Origin: Cirrosporium novae-zelandiae
Taxonomy: Eukaryota
Assembly: GCA_026023565.1 (NCBI GenBank)
Contig: JAPETS010000017.1
Span: forward strand, 496,001-560,000
DNA: 64,000 bases
Direction of reading: 5' to 3'
This document shows positions 26,078 to 39,383 of the stretch, one piece after another (position 1 is the stretch's first letter; each line of letters starts with the position of its first letter). The translations under genes were made by a program, and so were the position numbers. Below the pieces are notes generated by a model that was given only the letters and a program-made list of their open reading frames with translations, did no database searches and was not told where the DNA came from.

Positions 26078-27336
26078 TTACGCACGATCAAATCTCAACC
26101 ATCTATCCAATTCCCGCAAATCCCCAATTCGCTCTAGTCCATTCTTCCCCTCAAAACTTCCCTCACGATCTAGAAGTATGCTTTGCCAACCCGCTTCCTT
26201 CGCCCCCACGTAATCTTTATCATACTCATCTCCAACATGCAGATAAGTCCAGCCCTCCCTCATCTGTTCCCTATCTCTGAGCGTCAGTGCCAGCTTCTCT
26301 CCATCCTCCTCAGATCCCGCCAGCAAATGCGCCGTCTCCATCGCCTTCCTGAAAATTTCTTTATCCGGCTTCGAAGTCCTGACATCGTAACTTAGGATCA
26401 ACATATCGATATCCGGAGGAGGTACACGGTTCCCAGTTTGGCTTCCGGTAAGCTCTTCGAGTCCTTGGATTCGCTGACCTGGGACTTCTTTATCCTGCAC
26501 GTCGAGTATTTTGGGATCGGGGGCGCGGGTTCGGACCTGTAAGCCGAGGGATTCGAGAACGAGGGAAACACGAGAGTCGGAGTTGGTGATTACGCCTATA
26601 ATGATGGGGGTATAGGTAGGGGTATTTATAGTGGTAGTGGCGGAGGTAGTTTTAAGCTTTCGGAGGAGCTGGAAGAGTGGGGGGACATCGGCGTAGAGAG
26701 TGTAGCCCTCGGAAGAAGAGAAGCAGGAGAGGAGACGGGGGACTAAAGTGGAGGGAAGGGAGGCTGAGGGGACAAAGGGGGTGAAAGTTTGGGTTATGAC
26801 CTGGAGGTCTGGTTAGATGGAAAGGCATATAGGACACATTTTCGTAGAAATATATGTCGACGCCAGACCTGAAGTTACAAGTACATAAAGAAAGATTTCT
26901 GAAAGACCAGGGAGCAAATTAAAAAATCTTGGAAATCTGGGAAACACACATTACCCCACCAGTCCTCTACCTTCATTCCTTCTTCTCGTCCATAATTTGG
27001 CCGGGCCTTCTGTTCGCTCTTGAATGCTGTTGAGACAACAAAAAGTTGATATTAGCATAAGCACGGCCTAAAAGTACATTGTATTGGATAGTTATTTTGA
27101 TGGCTAACCTTTTAGAAAAGACTCCCCGACATCCTCATCCCGAAAACCTTTGAGCCCAAGCTGACGAGCGATATCACCATAATGTTTGGCGATGTGAAAC
27201 CTGATAGGTACATGAATTAGTAAATAGAATGTACAGTTTTAAGACGCCTCTGAGGGTTTTCAACACACCTTGGAGTGAAGAGCGTGCCAAAGGCATCGAA
27301 AGTTAATACTAGACCTCTCTGGTAGCGAGATGCCAT
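26078..27336 (-). CDS. HAD-superfamily hydrolase (HDHD3/REG-2-like), 4 exons
   Basis: The spliced model gives motif I LTFDAFGTLFTPR, then PNYG..WW, IGVITNSDSR, SKPDKEIF and HVGDEYDKDYVGAKEAGW. Confidence 0.9.
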
Positions 27337-28309
27337 TGAGATATACTTTTTTTATATTTGCATCAAGCCAATTTATCTAGCCTAGCTAGTCATGTACAAG
27401 GACATTTGTAGTGAGGAAAATATGCATGGAATCATGAGCTTGATAATCCTGGTTCAATAATAGGTCTATATTTAATGGCCATACCAAATACATAATTTGG
27501 CTCAATCTTATGGGCTATACGGGCAAAAACTACCTAGGCAACTACACGAACCAATTTATGGCACAGAATAATAATTTCTTTTGGGGGTCTTATAGAATTC
27601 CAGCATTACATATTTCATGACCAAATTCCATCATTACAATAGATTCAATATGAAGGAAAGCCATACTTGTCAAGCAATAACGTCTTGCTACTCGAAGGAG
27701 GGTTATGCCGTAACTTGTGATTTCGAGTTTAAGCAAATATATATGTTTGACGCCTATCACCGATTCCAGCTGTTAGCAGGAGCAATCATGCAAAATTTCA
27801 GAAAGATTCCGTGACATAAAAGAAAGTCAGACTTTTAAGCTTGTAGCTTGTCTTCTTGAAAACATTCAGAAGTTATCGTTTATTAAATAGTCATCATAGA
27901 AGCAATTGACTGAAGGGCGGGTTCAAGGACATACCTCATTGTAATTACGTTTAAGAACAAAGAAACCTGTATGGGGCTAGGATGCCTTGACAACTAAAAT
28001 TAACTACATTGTGAAGCAGTTTGTTAATGTTGAGTTAAAAATTGGTAGTATAGAAAGTAGCAGTGAAATTTTATAAAGGAGAGTGAAGCTACACGTAAAT
28101 AAATCGAATAGGCAGTAGGTTGCATTTAGTGCAAACATCATCATCACTGTCCCCTCCTCCCTGATCGCTCGAGGCCCAACCCCACTAAGGCCCAAATTTA
28201 CAACCACTTCGACACCGTTTCAACCTCGTCGCAGAACTCCAGCTTGCGCACACATACTTAAACACACATTCAGGTCTTATTTTATATTAAAAGCTCTTAA
28301 CCCGCAAAA

Positions 28310-29055
28310 ATGGGTGGTGAGTTTAAACTTGTTTTCCGGCATTCTTATTTCCCTATCACCATTTTCGCATTATGCTTGCGATTTCGACTGCGGGGAGACT
28401 TGGCTGACTTTTTGTGACAGACTTCCAAAGCATCGCTGGTACGGTTCCTTCTCGCATTTCATAATACCCTAAAGCTGGTTTGGCGCAGAACAAGAACAAT
28501 ATGGAAAGAGACTTATACAAGAGCAGAGCAATTTGTTGCGTTCTACTATAAGACCTTTGATGAGAATCGGTCACAGCTCGCAGCCTTATACGTTCGCCCC
28601 CTTCTCTTTTGGGGCCTAAGGATTCTAGAACTAATATACTATAGCGCCCAAATTCCATGCTCACTTTCGAAAACTCTCCTGTTCAAGGATCAGCTGGTAT
28701 AGTTGAAAAACTTACAGTAAGATGAGGTCCAAATTTTCAATCCCTGGTTCAATATACTAATCATATAATTTTCCAGAACCTCCCATTCCAAAAGGTGGTC
28801 CATCAAGTCGCTTCTTTAGATGCACAACCATCAAATGAGGCCGGTGGTATCATGGTCATGGTAACAGGGGGTTTACTCGTATGTCTACACTACGTTAGAT
28901 ATCGTCACTTAGGACTACACTGACATTATCGAATCTAGGCGGACGAAGAACAACGGCCAATGAGCTACACACAGGTCTTCCAATTGATGCCTGATGGCCA
29001 AGGAAGTTATTTCGTTTTCAACGATGTTTTCCGGCTTGTCTATCCTGCGGCATAG
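28310..29055 (+). CDS. NTF2: Nuclear transport factor 2, 6 exons, absent from the ORF track
   Basis: Spliced product [110 protein letters not shown]. All introns are GT-AG. Confidence 0.95.
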
Positions 29056-29784
29056 GTTGAGGAAATATTAAATGAGGGAATTCTAGAAAGATGGGATATT
29101 TCATGGAAACTCCAAGCCACTGGTACTATGATTGATTGGATGGTCTGAGGCAGGAAAGACCCTAGGTACACATGGCCTATTGCATTGTTGATTCTCACCT
29201 GGAATATATCTCGGGTGCGGGCACTGCATTCTTGGTAGATTTGAAGATTTTTGCCAATTGAGAAGATTATGTTAAACCATACATTCGTTTTGTCTGTTTT
29301 CCTATTCATGATTATGGAAACCAAGTAGGGTCAGCATAGCTCCACGCCTGCAATGAAGATAAGAAGCCAAGTCATTAAAGGACTCGATCGACGAGATGTA
29401 TGGTCAAAATGAATTGACAGGTGTAAGCCTTCTGTAAAATAATTGTTGTTGCCTTTTTAAGTTTCGTAATTTTATATCCCAAGCCTCGCAAGTTACGTAA
29501 GCCCTCTGTCGGGAACTGGACCCTTTGATGGTCGTTTCACAGTAAGAGCGAGCACCCAGCTGGGCAACAACAAAACCAAAAGAGCTGCCTAGCTACTCGA
29601 AATAACTCCAGTTCTCCCCCACGACATTGTCTACCCAGCATTAAGACCAGTCTCATCCAAGTTACTATCAACAACAGTCACCCCTAAGTCATTACGATCC
29701 TTAGTGCTCATATCCTGACAACTGCCGCCGCATACGAAGTCTTCAACAACCCATTTGAGCTTGACTGCAGAACACTCAGGCAAG

Positions 29785-30550
29785 ATGACGTTGGCAGAAG
29801 AATTCAAGTCGAGAAACTTCAGTATGTTGCTTGTATGATGGAAACTTCTACCCTCATTCACTGATGATATGTTCGTCTTTAGGTATATATGGGCAATGGT
29901 TAGCAGTTCTCCATCTGTCCACACCAGCCTGAGGGAATAGAGGCCTACATGGTGTCGATCTTCATGTTCATCCGACATCATATAAGAGTCATTACCATCA
30001 TAAAATGGGTTTACTGCTGTTATACTGGACTCATATCTGAGCAATTCGTTGTCGTAGGAATTTTGGATAAGCAGCGGCTAATGCTCGCGTACCTTTAGGA
30101 CCGGAGTTCTTTGCATCGTCCTATGCCTTGCTCTCGGAATAGCTAACATATTCCATTTCAACCTGCTTATCATATTCAGCGTATTATGCCTGTACGTATC
30201 ACTTCTAAAGCCAGCTTATTCTCAACTAATATCTTATTCCCATCGACAGCATATGCGCATTTATTCTCATCTTCATCGAAATACCACTCCTGCTACGAAT
30301 TTGTCCGACCTCCTCTACCTTCGACAATTTCATCCGTCGTTTCTCGACAAACTACATGCGCGCCGCTATCTACGTTACTATGAGTGTTATCCAATGGCTT
30401 AGCTTACTCGTGGATGCTAGTAGCTTAATCGCCGCAGCTATCGTACTGCTTATTGCAGCTTGCTTTTACGCGCTTGCTGGGGTTAAAGGGCAAGGGTTTG
30501 TGGGAAGCAAGACATTGGGAGGGCAGGGTGTAGCGCAGATGATTGTTTGA
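29785..30550 (+). CDS. TVP18: Golgi membrane protein Tvp18, 4 exons
   Basis: Exons 29785-29821, 29883-29898, 30099-30190 and 30250-30550. They give MTLAEEFKSRNFSIYGQWTGVLC..LGIANIFHF..EIPLLLRICPTS..KTLGGQGVAQMIV*. Confidence 0.93.
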
Positions 30551-31636
30551 GGAATCCCCTGGTGTATAAAGACCTGGAAGAACCGAAGCGTATGAGTGAC
30601 ATGTGAACAGGAACCATGTAAATCTCACGGTTCTTCCTCCATTAATCCTTGGCAGGGATGCAATAGGCGTTGCGAAAGGAGATAGTGGGCACTTTTTCGA
30701 TGCTGTGTGCGTGTACGTGTTTGATATGTTTCATTTTTTGGTTGGGAATTATTGTTTTCTGGCGCTCCACAAAGGTTTTTACTCAGACAGACAGAATGGC
30801 GTATTACGTGATCATGAGGTTTCAGTTCTCAAATAAAAATCTGATTGCCTTTTAACAAGAGAAACAGCAGCAAACACTGACTTTGAAAAATGATCTTTTC
30901 GAAATCCTATATGACAGGCACCCTTGCATTTCCGTTTATCTATACATTATTTCTTTGTCTATCTCTGGCAACCTAGTGATTCATAAATGAGGACTGACCA
31001 AAGAACATAAACGTATCAACAACCTATTGACATTTATTTACCCTTAATGGATGTTATCATGTCCTCGAGGAGAAAAAAAAATGAAGATCCGAAACCAAAA
31101 TATATAATTGTTTGATATATATATATATAGTATCTTGTGGGAGGAAAGACCTCCTTAGAAGAGCTGGTTTTTTAAAAGGCAGATAAAAAGGTATATATAT
31201 TATTGTTGATATCTATCTATATAATAATAATAACTTAAAGTTGGGGGAATTTATGGACTTGAGATATTCGTTATCAGTGAATGTATATATATACATGGTA
31301 CGCTTGTTTCTGGGCTACTACGACGTCGATTGATAATAATGGTGATGGTGGCGATGATGGACCCTTTGGCTGATTCCTTTTGCGTTTCGTTCTACGTGAT
31401 GGATGAGCATACATTTTGTAAGTTGTCTGGTGCCCGTACTTGATGGTAGATGGGGAAACCTAGGAGTCGGGTTGTCGGTTCCTCATGGCTGTTTCTTTCT
31501 TTGGCACACGCGCGCGCATGGGCATCACTTAAGAAGGCTTCCTCTTTTCTCATCCCTCTCATCTCTCTCCTTCTTTGAATAGAAAATAGAAGATGCCCTA
31601 CATGTATATATATGGACATGTAAAGTATCTACATAT

Positions 31637-32704
31637 CTATCTCCTTCCAGCCAATTTCCCCAGCTCCCTCTTCACGTCCCCCATCGCGCCACCTTTCCCG
31701 GAATCGATATGGGAAAGTAACATTTCAAGCCTCCTCAGCGTTGGGCCCCGCCCGTCACTGGCGCTAGTGCTGTTATTTGTTGAAGGTATCGACTGTTCAG
31801 TTTCGTTTTGCTTGATTTCTTCTCGGATTTCGCTCAAGAGTGGTGCCGTCAGCTCGGCATTTCCCCATACTTCGTCAGTGTAGGCATTTAGAACCGAGAG
31901 CCATTGGGTGGCAAGGGTTGCGAGACGGTCGCTGGTGGGTGGTTGGGACGAAGGTGATGTTAATGGTTCTGGGCGCGAGAAATCGGGTTGGAGGTTTAGT
32001 GGGTTGTCAGGCGTAGGACCTTGGTGTGTTGGTGGAGGTGGGAGGTGTTTTGATTTTAGGTGGGAGAAGGCCTCGAGGTCGGGTTGAGCGAGCCCACGGG
32101 TGAAGAGGTCATCGGATGGTGGGATTGTTTCTCCTTCTTGCTCCTCCGTGATGGCGGGGATAGTGTTAAGGTCTGATATCGAGAAGGAGGGGGAGTCGAG
32201 GAGCGCAACGACGGCGGCGCCGTCAGTGTAGGTAGGTGTGGAAGGTCCGGTTGTGTGATCTGAGAGTGTGTGTTGGTCGGAGGAAGGGGCGGGGATGTCC
32301 CGCCAGGGTTCTGGACTTTGAGGAAGCAGTGGTTCTGGTAGGTAATTCAGGAAGGCATCGATGTCTCCTTGTGCTAGTGTTCCATCGTTGGGAGTCGATC
32401 GGAATGATTCCGAGGCATAGTGAGATGAGGAGTCGAGGACGTGGGAAGCGGATGGCTGTCGCTGTTGTAGGCCCTCTGAATATTCGGAGGGGCCGGCGGC
32501 ACTGCTGGATGATTCTCCTTTTTCTTCATTGTTTACTGCGTGGGGAGCAGATGACGAAGAGAGCGATGTGGCAGCAGAGCTCGAAAAGAACTGGCTTGCG
32601 AGTCCAGAGGCTGAGGCAGCTATGCGGGTGGTGAAAGACTGTTGGGTACTGGAGTTGGAGTTGTTAGGGTTATCCCGGATGGGAGCTTTGCCAGAAGAAG
32701 ACAT
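31637..32704 (-). CDS. Hypothetical protein, 355 aa, Ser/Pro-rich
   Basis: Long single ORF with an ordered-looking C-terminal block (QWLSVLNAYTDEVWG..LRRLEMLLSHI). Confidence 0.8.
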   Translation of the reverse strand: MSSSGKAPIRDNPNNSNSSTQQSFTTRIAASASGLASQFFSSSAATSLSSSSAPHAVNNEEKGESSSSAAGPSEYSEGLQQRQPSASHVLDSSSHYASESFRSTPNDGTLAQGDIDAFLNYLPEPLLPQSPEPWRDIPAPSSDQHTLSDHTTGPSTPTYTDGAAVVALLDSPSFSISDLNTIPAITEEQEGETIPPSDDLFTRGLAQPDLEAFSHLKSKHLPPPPTHQGPTPDNPLNLQPDFSRPEPLTSPSSQPPTSDRLATLATQWLSVLNAYTDEVWGNAELTAPLLSEIREEIKQNETEQSIPSTNNSTSASDGRGPTLRRLEMLLSHIDSGKGGAMGDVKRELGKLAGRR

Positions 32705-34432
32705 ATTTGAAGGGGTCGAATGGCCAGACTGTTAGATGCAGAAATAGAAAGTGTGGAGCCACCTCGTTTGCAAGAGCTAAACAAGAAAAAGGGGCATGAA
32801 CATAGAAGCATAGGAGGGTAAACAGTAGTGAAAGTTGGTAAGTAGCACAAGACTATCAAGCTTAGAGGGTGATCTAGAGGGGAAGAAAGACGGAGAGACG
32901 GAAGTTTTCAGGTTCTCGGGTACCTTGAAGGATTTGGACGATGCGGGGGAGGGGAAATAATGTAATAATTAATGGTATCATGTGGCTATGTGGCTAGAAG
33001 CCTGTAAGTTAAGGCATACATCATCACCATCATCTTCTTCTTCTTCTTCCGAAGTGGTTGAAGTTGATGAGGATGGAATGCATGATGTAAATTGAGGACA
33101 GCGTCACGAGTGTTGATGAACTTCAAGGTATAATTGTCGTTTACCTAATGATGCATTTTTTATTGCCACCATCACCACTATAATAATTCAAAAAGGTCCG
33201 GTGAATGTTAGTTTTTCAATTACTTACTTTACTGTATAAGTTACTTAGTCGTATTTTATACAACAATGCTATATAACAAATACCCCTCATCTAACTAACT
33301 ACTTAGGTACCTTAGGCATTCTCGTGGCAGGCCTAGGTAGATCTACAGGTCTTAGACCAATGAAGCGGTGTGCATTTGCATTGACTTTGCATGAGTTAGT
33401 TGAAAGATACTAAAGATATCGAGTAATTGGTAACAAATTCTAAAATCCTTCAGGTGATTCCCGAGTCCACATTCCACGAAAAGATGCAAAGATGCAAAGA
33501 TGGAAAAATGGAAAAATGGAAGAATTCTTGTCTACTTTCCAACAATAATTCATCGTCACAGCATTATCAACTGATATTCGCTCGATCCATCCATCATCCA
33601 ATTGTAATCTAAAAGAAAATGTTTGTAAAAGGTAACCGGCTTTAATTAGGCCAGTTAAGTTGCAGTTCAGTTCATGTAATACCATGTATTTCGCGCATAC
33701 TAAATCCTTGCAAGTGAAAAAAAAAGGAAGGAAGAAAGAAAGAAAGAAAGAAAGAAAAAAGAAGATGATGATGAATTCATCTCCCCAAAGCTCATCATCC
33801 AGCCAAGATCTCATTCAAGCTATCCAGGCTTCCCACCTCCACCTTCACATCAAGAGCTTCTACCCACTCAGCTCTTACCTCGATCAATAGAACAGTACTT
33901 TCTAACCATCCTCAACAAACACCCCCCAACTAAAGCTAGCTAGACTATACTCTTTTTTACTCATCTACATTTTTTCTAATACCACCACTTGCTATCTACT
34001 GCATCGGGATATACCCATCTCCCACCGCCGTTGTATGATTCATCCATTTTACGCTCTTTGTGTATCATACTAACGACAAACGTCAGAATTTACAAAGTCT
34101 GAATCCAAGTCATTGTCTTCGGTTTCCTTACCACAGTAGTGCCGTTTCTATTTCAAGGTGAGACAACCTTGGTGTCCCAATTGCTTCATCACCGCAGTCA
34201 CTTGCTCACCGGGGCTACCTTGAAAACATCTCCACTTCATTAATTACCATCTCTTGATAGCAGGCTAGATGCTGTCTTGTCCCCTCACATTCTATATTAT
34301 CCATCAAAATCCTCAAAAAGCACACCTTTGAATTATTTGGCTAATCAAGACATGTTCCTGTGCTTATAGTGTCTAATACATCCTTTTCCCTTCACATTAC
34401 TGCAGCCTATTTTGTTCTGCCTTAATACAATC

Positions 34433-37400
34433 ATGACTGCCCCGACAATTCCTCCACGACCTTCTCGGGTGAACCATCCCACTCTACCGTCCACAGCCAT
34501 CGGCGGACCCGAGATCCCACCCAGGCCTCGCTTCAAGCGTCTAGAGTCCCCCCACCGCGATAGTTATGCTCGGTCCCCTCTAAACGCACCTCACTTTCAT
34601 GGTATCCATGAACAATCCGACTCCCCTGAAGGCGAAAGCCATCATGATGTCCGCCTTCCTTCGATCGGGCAGGAAGGGACTGAATACGCAGACCTCGAAT
34701 TCGAGAAGAACAAAGCGAAGGGGGGACAACCGCAAGAGGGCAGAATTGCTAGTGACCTGAAACTCCATGCACCAAAGCCATCCTTGCCAAGTTCTAGTGC
34801 CCAAGCCCGCATAGCTACTGTGACTCGAACTGACGCTGAAGCAGCCACAAAATCGGGAATTCCTGCTGGTGATGAAAGCAAGGATCCTCAATTACAACCC
34901 TTAAGCGCAAAGAGAACGAGTTTCTCAAGACCAACATCCAGCTCATCTTCCGCTAGCCGCCAAGGAATATTAAATGCGAGGCCCTTGTCGGCCGCTTCAA
35001 GTGAACAACGTACATCGATGTCAGAAGATGAGCACGGAATTCCCGAGATAGGCCTGCAGGTACCCATGTATCCAAATGCAGGTGATGTGCAAGCACCCTC
35101 TCCCACTCCATTCTCCACAGGTCTTCCAAGTGCAATGGCGTCGGAAAGCGATTTGAATAGAAAGCCAGGACGTCATCATGGACGAACTCGAAGTGGACGA
35201 GAACACTTTGGGCCACCAGGAAGCTATGGTCTTCATGCTCATGGCCAGTCAGCTCAGGACAAATTTGAAAAGGCCTGGTATGAGAAGCACCCCGAGGAAG
35301 ATCATGGCCTTTACGCACCAGGTCTTCGATCCAATCGGTCGGAATGGGCTCTAAGTAGCGAAGATCTGAACAAGATTGTGAGAGATACTGTGAGCCGTGG
35401 TGCCGGCTTCGGTAAGTGGCTAGCCATCATTGGCTACTCCCCGATAGATATCTGACTTGAACATAAGGCACTTCACCCCTAGTCGAAAGCTATCCCGATG
35501 AGCAATATAGCTATCGGGCTACAGAAGAGTATACATCGAGAATTGGTTCTCCAGCGTCACGTGCTACAACACCTCAAAATCTACCAGCGCATCATAAAGA
35601 TCGTTCCAGTGGATCGCAACCACATGTCGAATCTCCGCTGAGAAAAACAAGCTTTCCTGCAGGCGTGAAGGATGCCGATGTCTCTAAATTGGAGCTGGCT
35701 TCCAAGGGTGCCCAATCATCCGACCACGCTATAGAAAGCGAAACTGAGGACGATGTGATACGTGTCACTCAGCCAGCTCACACCTGGAGCAAAGTCTCTG
35801 GAAGAGTGGCTGAGGCTTACAAAGAAAATAGACTAGAAGGGGACGAAGGTTATGAAACACCAATATTGGCTCCTGACGAGGTAGCAAAATCCGTCGGAAT
35901 AGAGCAACTCCACCCTGCTATCTCCCCTCCACGATCAAGGAGAGGAAGCAATCACCATACGCCTGCTGATTCGGATAAAGGCAGCAGGCCTAGTAGTATT
36001 CATGGCGCTCCACCTACCTTGGCTAGGTTGACTTCACAGGAGGAACAAGAGAACCACGCTACTTCTCTAGCAGACGTGGAGGAATATGAACCACTATTCC
36101 CAGAAGACGAGACCGAGTCAGGAAAGGCCTTGACTCCTGCAGAAAGATTTAAGCGCCGGCCCGAAATGAAAAGGCGATTCCCAAGTCAGGATATCTGGGA
36201 AGATGCACCCAGCAGTGTTAACCACTATGCTGAAGTATCTACTCCTGAGCCCCAAGAGACAACCCCCGCTGTCACAAAAGACGGTGCAAATGACACTACG
36301 ATAGTATCTGAACCACCCGACAAGGAAGCTGCTCGCAAAGGTGAAGTACCGGAGGAAGGAAAGGCCAAATTTATTCCAAAAGAACAACGTCCCTCGAAAT
36401 CCATTCTTCATCCTTCTGTTAGAGATGATATGCCCACGCGTCCAGGAATACAACATAGATTCCCCAGTAAGGATATTTGGGAAGACACAGCTGATTCTCA
36501 ACTGCTGGTAACTACTGTCGCTTCACCGCAGATCGATGAAACAACTAGCCCGTTGGACGAGCCACCCATCACTGCTAGGCCAGCGATTCCTCCACGACCA
36601 GCTAGGAATCACTCACCAATCAACGAGACTGGCACCGAATCAGCTGCAGCTCAACCTCCAATACCTGCTAAACCAAAGAAGATGCATCAAGTCCCACCGC
36701 TAGAGGTCCCTCCTCGCCCAGCGAAATCTCCTAGCCCAGAAAAACTTAAGCCTTCTCCTGCGGAAGGCCGTAAGCCACCTGTAATACCGGAACGACCAAA
36801 GCCGCAAATTCCACGCAGACCTGCGAAACTCAGGTCACAAGATTCGCCAGAAGATATTCCTGTTTCCAAAGTATCATCAAAAGAAAGTGCGAGTAGCGAA
36901 ACCGAACCTACAAAAGATACCAGTTCTCAACTACCGGCACCAAAACCAAAGCCATCACTTCCTATCCGTCCAAATGTCTCCAAGATTGCAGCCTTGAAAG
37001 CAGGATTCCTGTCTACTCTTGAGGAGCGTTTAGCGCTTGGTCCGCAAGGACCTCCTAAACCCGCCGAAAAGGAAGAACCAAAGAAAGAAGAGTCTATTCC
37101 CTTGAGCGATGCTCGCAAAGGCCGTGCACGAGGACCAGCTAGGCGAAAGCCTGCTGCTGTTCCTTCCAATCCTATTACTGAGAGCGCTCCTTCCAGGCCC
37201 GAGGCGCAACAGATAATAGCTGCACCCGGAAGTATTTGGCAGATAGGTCCTGAGGGCGGAATAATCACCGCTGTTTTCGCTAAACAACTCACACTGGCCT
37301 CTGTTGTTGGTGCCGAAGAAATCCCTTTGAAGGAAAATAAAGAAGTTGAAGAGTCACAAACTAAGGAAGCGGCTTCCGAAATCATTTCAAATACCATTGA

Positions 37401-37860
37401 AGAACCTGCTAAAGTTCCTGATGAGACAGAAGTCAAAGCTCTCGCGGCTATATCTTCGGTACCAAAAGAGGGGACAGAAATATTGGGAGAAGATACGACC
37501 AAGTGTCCAGATCTCGGTAGCGTGCCTTCTGAAAACCCTGAAGCCATCGATGAAGATCTCAATACCGTTGATCCCAAGCTCAGCGAAACTCTAACTGCTC
37601 CCCTTAAATCCTCTAGTACAAAAGAGGAGCTCGAAGCCGAGGACGTGCCAGAAGAGAAAGAAGAATCAAAAGAACCAGAAGAATCAGCGGAGACCGCTCC
37701 CAAGGGAGCATCCAGCCAAACTAGTGTACATCACATCTCGACTGCGGTTAGTAGCGAAGATGTTCCGGCAGCGAATCCAGTTACAATTCCTGATGGCAAG
37801 GCTCAGCAGCTGGACGGGGACGTTGTAGACGAAGAGGACAAGACGAAACTTCAGGAGTAA
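34433..37860 (+). CDS. AIM21: Aim21-like Pro-rich actin-patch protein, 2 exons
   Basis: N-terminal PxxPxRP motifs, two RFPSxDIWED motifs and a CPI-like LSDARKGRARGPARRKP motif. Intron 35412-35467 joins the two ORFs in frame. Confidence 0.8.
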
Positions 37861-38570
37861 CGGGACAAAGAACCAGACTTTCTAGCAGGAAGCATCGGAA
37901 CTAGCAGAAAGGAAGACACTTGCGTGATTTTATTATTACCCTCAGGGTAAAGATCAGTTGTATGCGTAGGGTGTATTTTTCAAAGTGGGGAGTAATATTT
38001 TCGGGTGAAATTTTTTACCTATGAGGTTTTCAACGAAATCACAAGCTTCCATCTGGAAAAACCATCCCATATACATACATACGTCTTGATATTTTCGATG
38101 TCGATGGCAAACGCAAACAACAAAAAGTGCTTTATATTCTTCTTCACATTTTGTATGTAATCCCTATAGACATATGCCCAATGTACGCAAGCACGACATT
38201 TACACGTCAAAACTGGATGGTTTTTCTATTTATCTAATGAGTTACGTCCAGAAATATTTCCCTTAAAAGAAACACCCCCCAAAAATATCATTATCATCCA
38301 AGAAAGAACGATTTATCATCACCACCAAATTAATTATCTTGGGATTATAAGATATGCCATCGTGATCACTAGTAAACTACAAGAAAAACCCAAAAGAAAT
38401 TCCTACCTCTTGAGGAGATTATTACCCAACATCCACGCCACGTAATTAAATTATCCAGCCGAAGCCATTCATCAAGTAATAAGCCATCATCAGAACAAAA
38501 AACTGATATCATCCAACCCCCCCCCTCCCCCCCCAGGGCTCAGCATTCAAATCTCCCACTCGTTCACTCT

Positions 38571-38967
38571 CTACTTGCCCAATCCAGGAAGAGACGTGGG
38601 GATATAACTTCCCGACTCATCCTTCCCGCCCCTTTCACTCCGATTAATTCCTTCCTTGGAGATGAGATTCCCCACGGGGGCCGCCAAGCCGCCTTGGGCG
38701 AACTGACCGGATACACCTTCGTTGATACCATCTTGGATGGCGTCGACATTCTTGTCGCCCGTGATCTTCGTCTGGGAAAGCTTGTCTTTAGCCACGTAAG
38801 AGGTCTTGTTGTGGCCGATCAAGGCTAGATATTTGTCTTCTATTTTTTGCGGGTTAGCCTATAGGGATGAGAGAGAGGGGAGGGGAGGGGAGGGCGAGTA
38901 TACCAAGCCATGGAACCCAGATCTCGTATTGGTGATGGTAGGTTTCTTTCATCCACTGGGTTGCCAT
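38571..38967 (-). CDS. Small fungal hypothetical protein, about 110 aa, 2 exons
   Basis: MATQWMKETYHHQYEIWVPWL joins EDKYLALIGHNKTSY.. across a GTATAC..GCTAAC..TAG intron. Confidence 0.75.
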
Positions 38968-39383
38968 CTTGAAGAGTGTGTGTTGTGTGAGGTTGTGGAG
39001 AGAATCGTGTAGTGGTAAAAATTTTCGGAGTTTTCAATGTTTATTCCAAGGTATGAGGTTGATATAAAACTTCTAGAGAAGGGTGGGGTGCTCCCTTGAC
39101 CAGACCTGTTTTTTATCAGCTGGACTTGGGTTGTTGGAATGGAGGGTAGGTTGATGAATCCGATGACGTAGGGTCAAGCCACAGCAGCCACGCGCAGGGA
39201 TCATCTGATGTTATGCCGTGCCGTTTAACGGACCTCTTGGCGTTTGTCTTGGCGATCGCCGTTCCTCGCGTCCAACGAAACTCAAACGTCTAAAAATGAC
39301 GATTCTTCACTCATTACCCCAACATTCCTGTTATCTTCGCCGATGTTGAAATTTGGGATCGTGGAGTCGAGAACCTTAGTTCT

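Noticed and set aside
29940..30062. TPP riboswitch in the TVP18 intron (CTGAG..CGTAGGAA)
   Set aside because: The conserved UGAU..GxUAAUxC P4/P5 segment is missing and the host gene is unrelated to thiamine.
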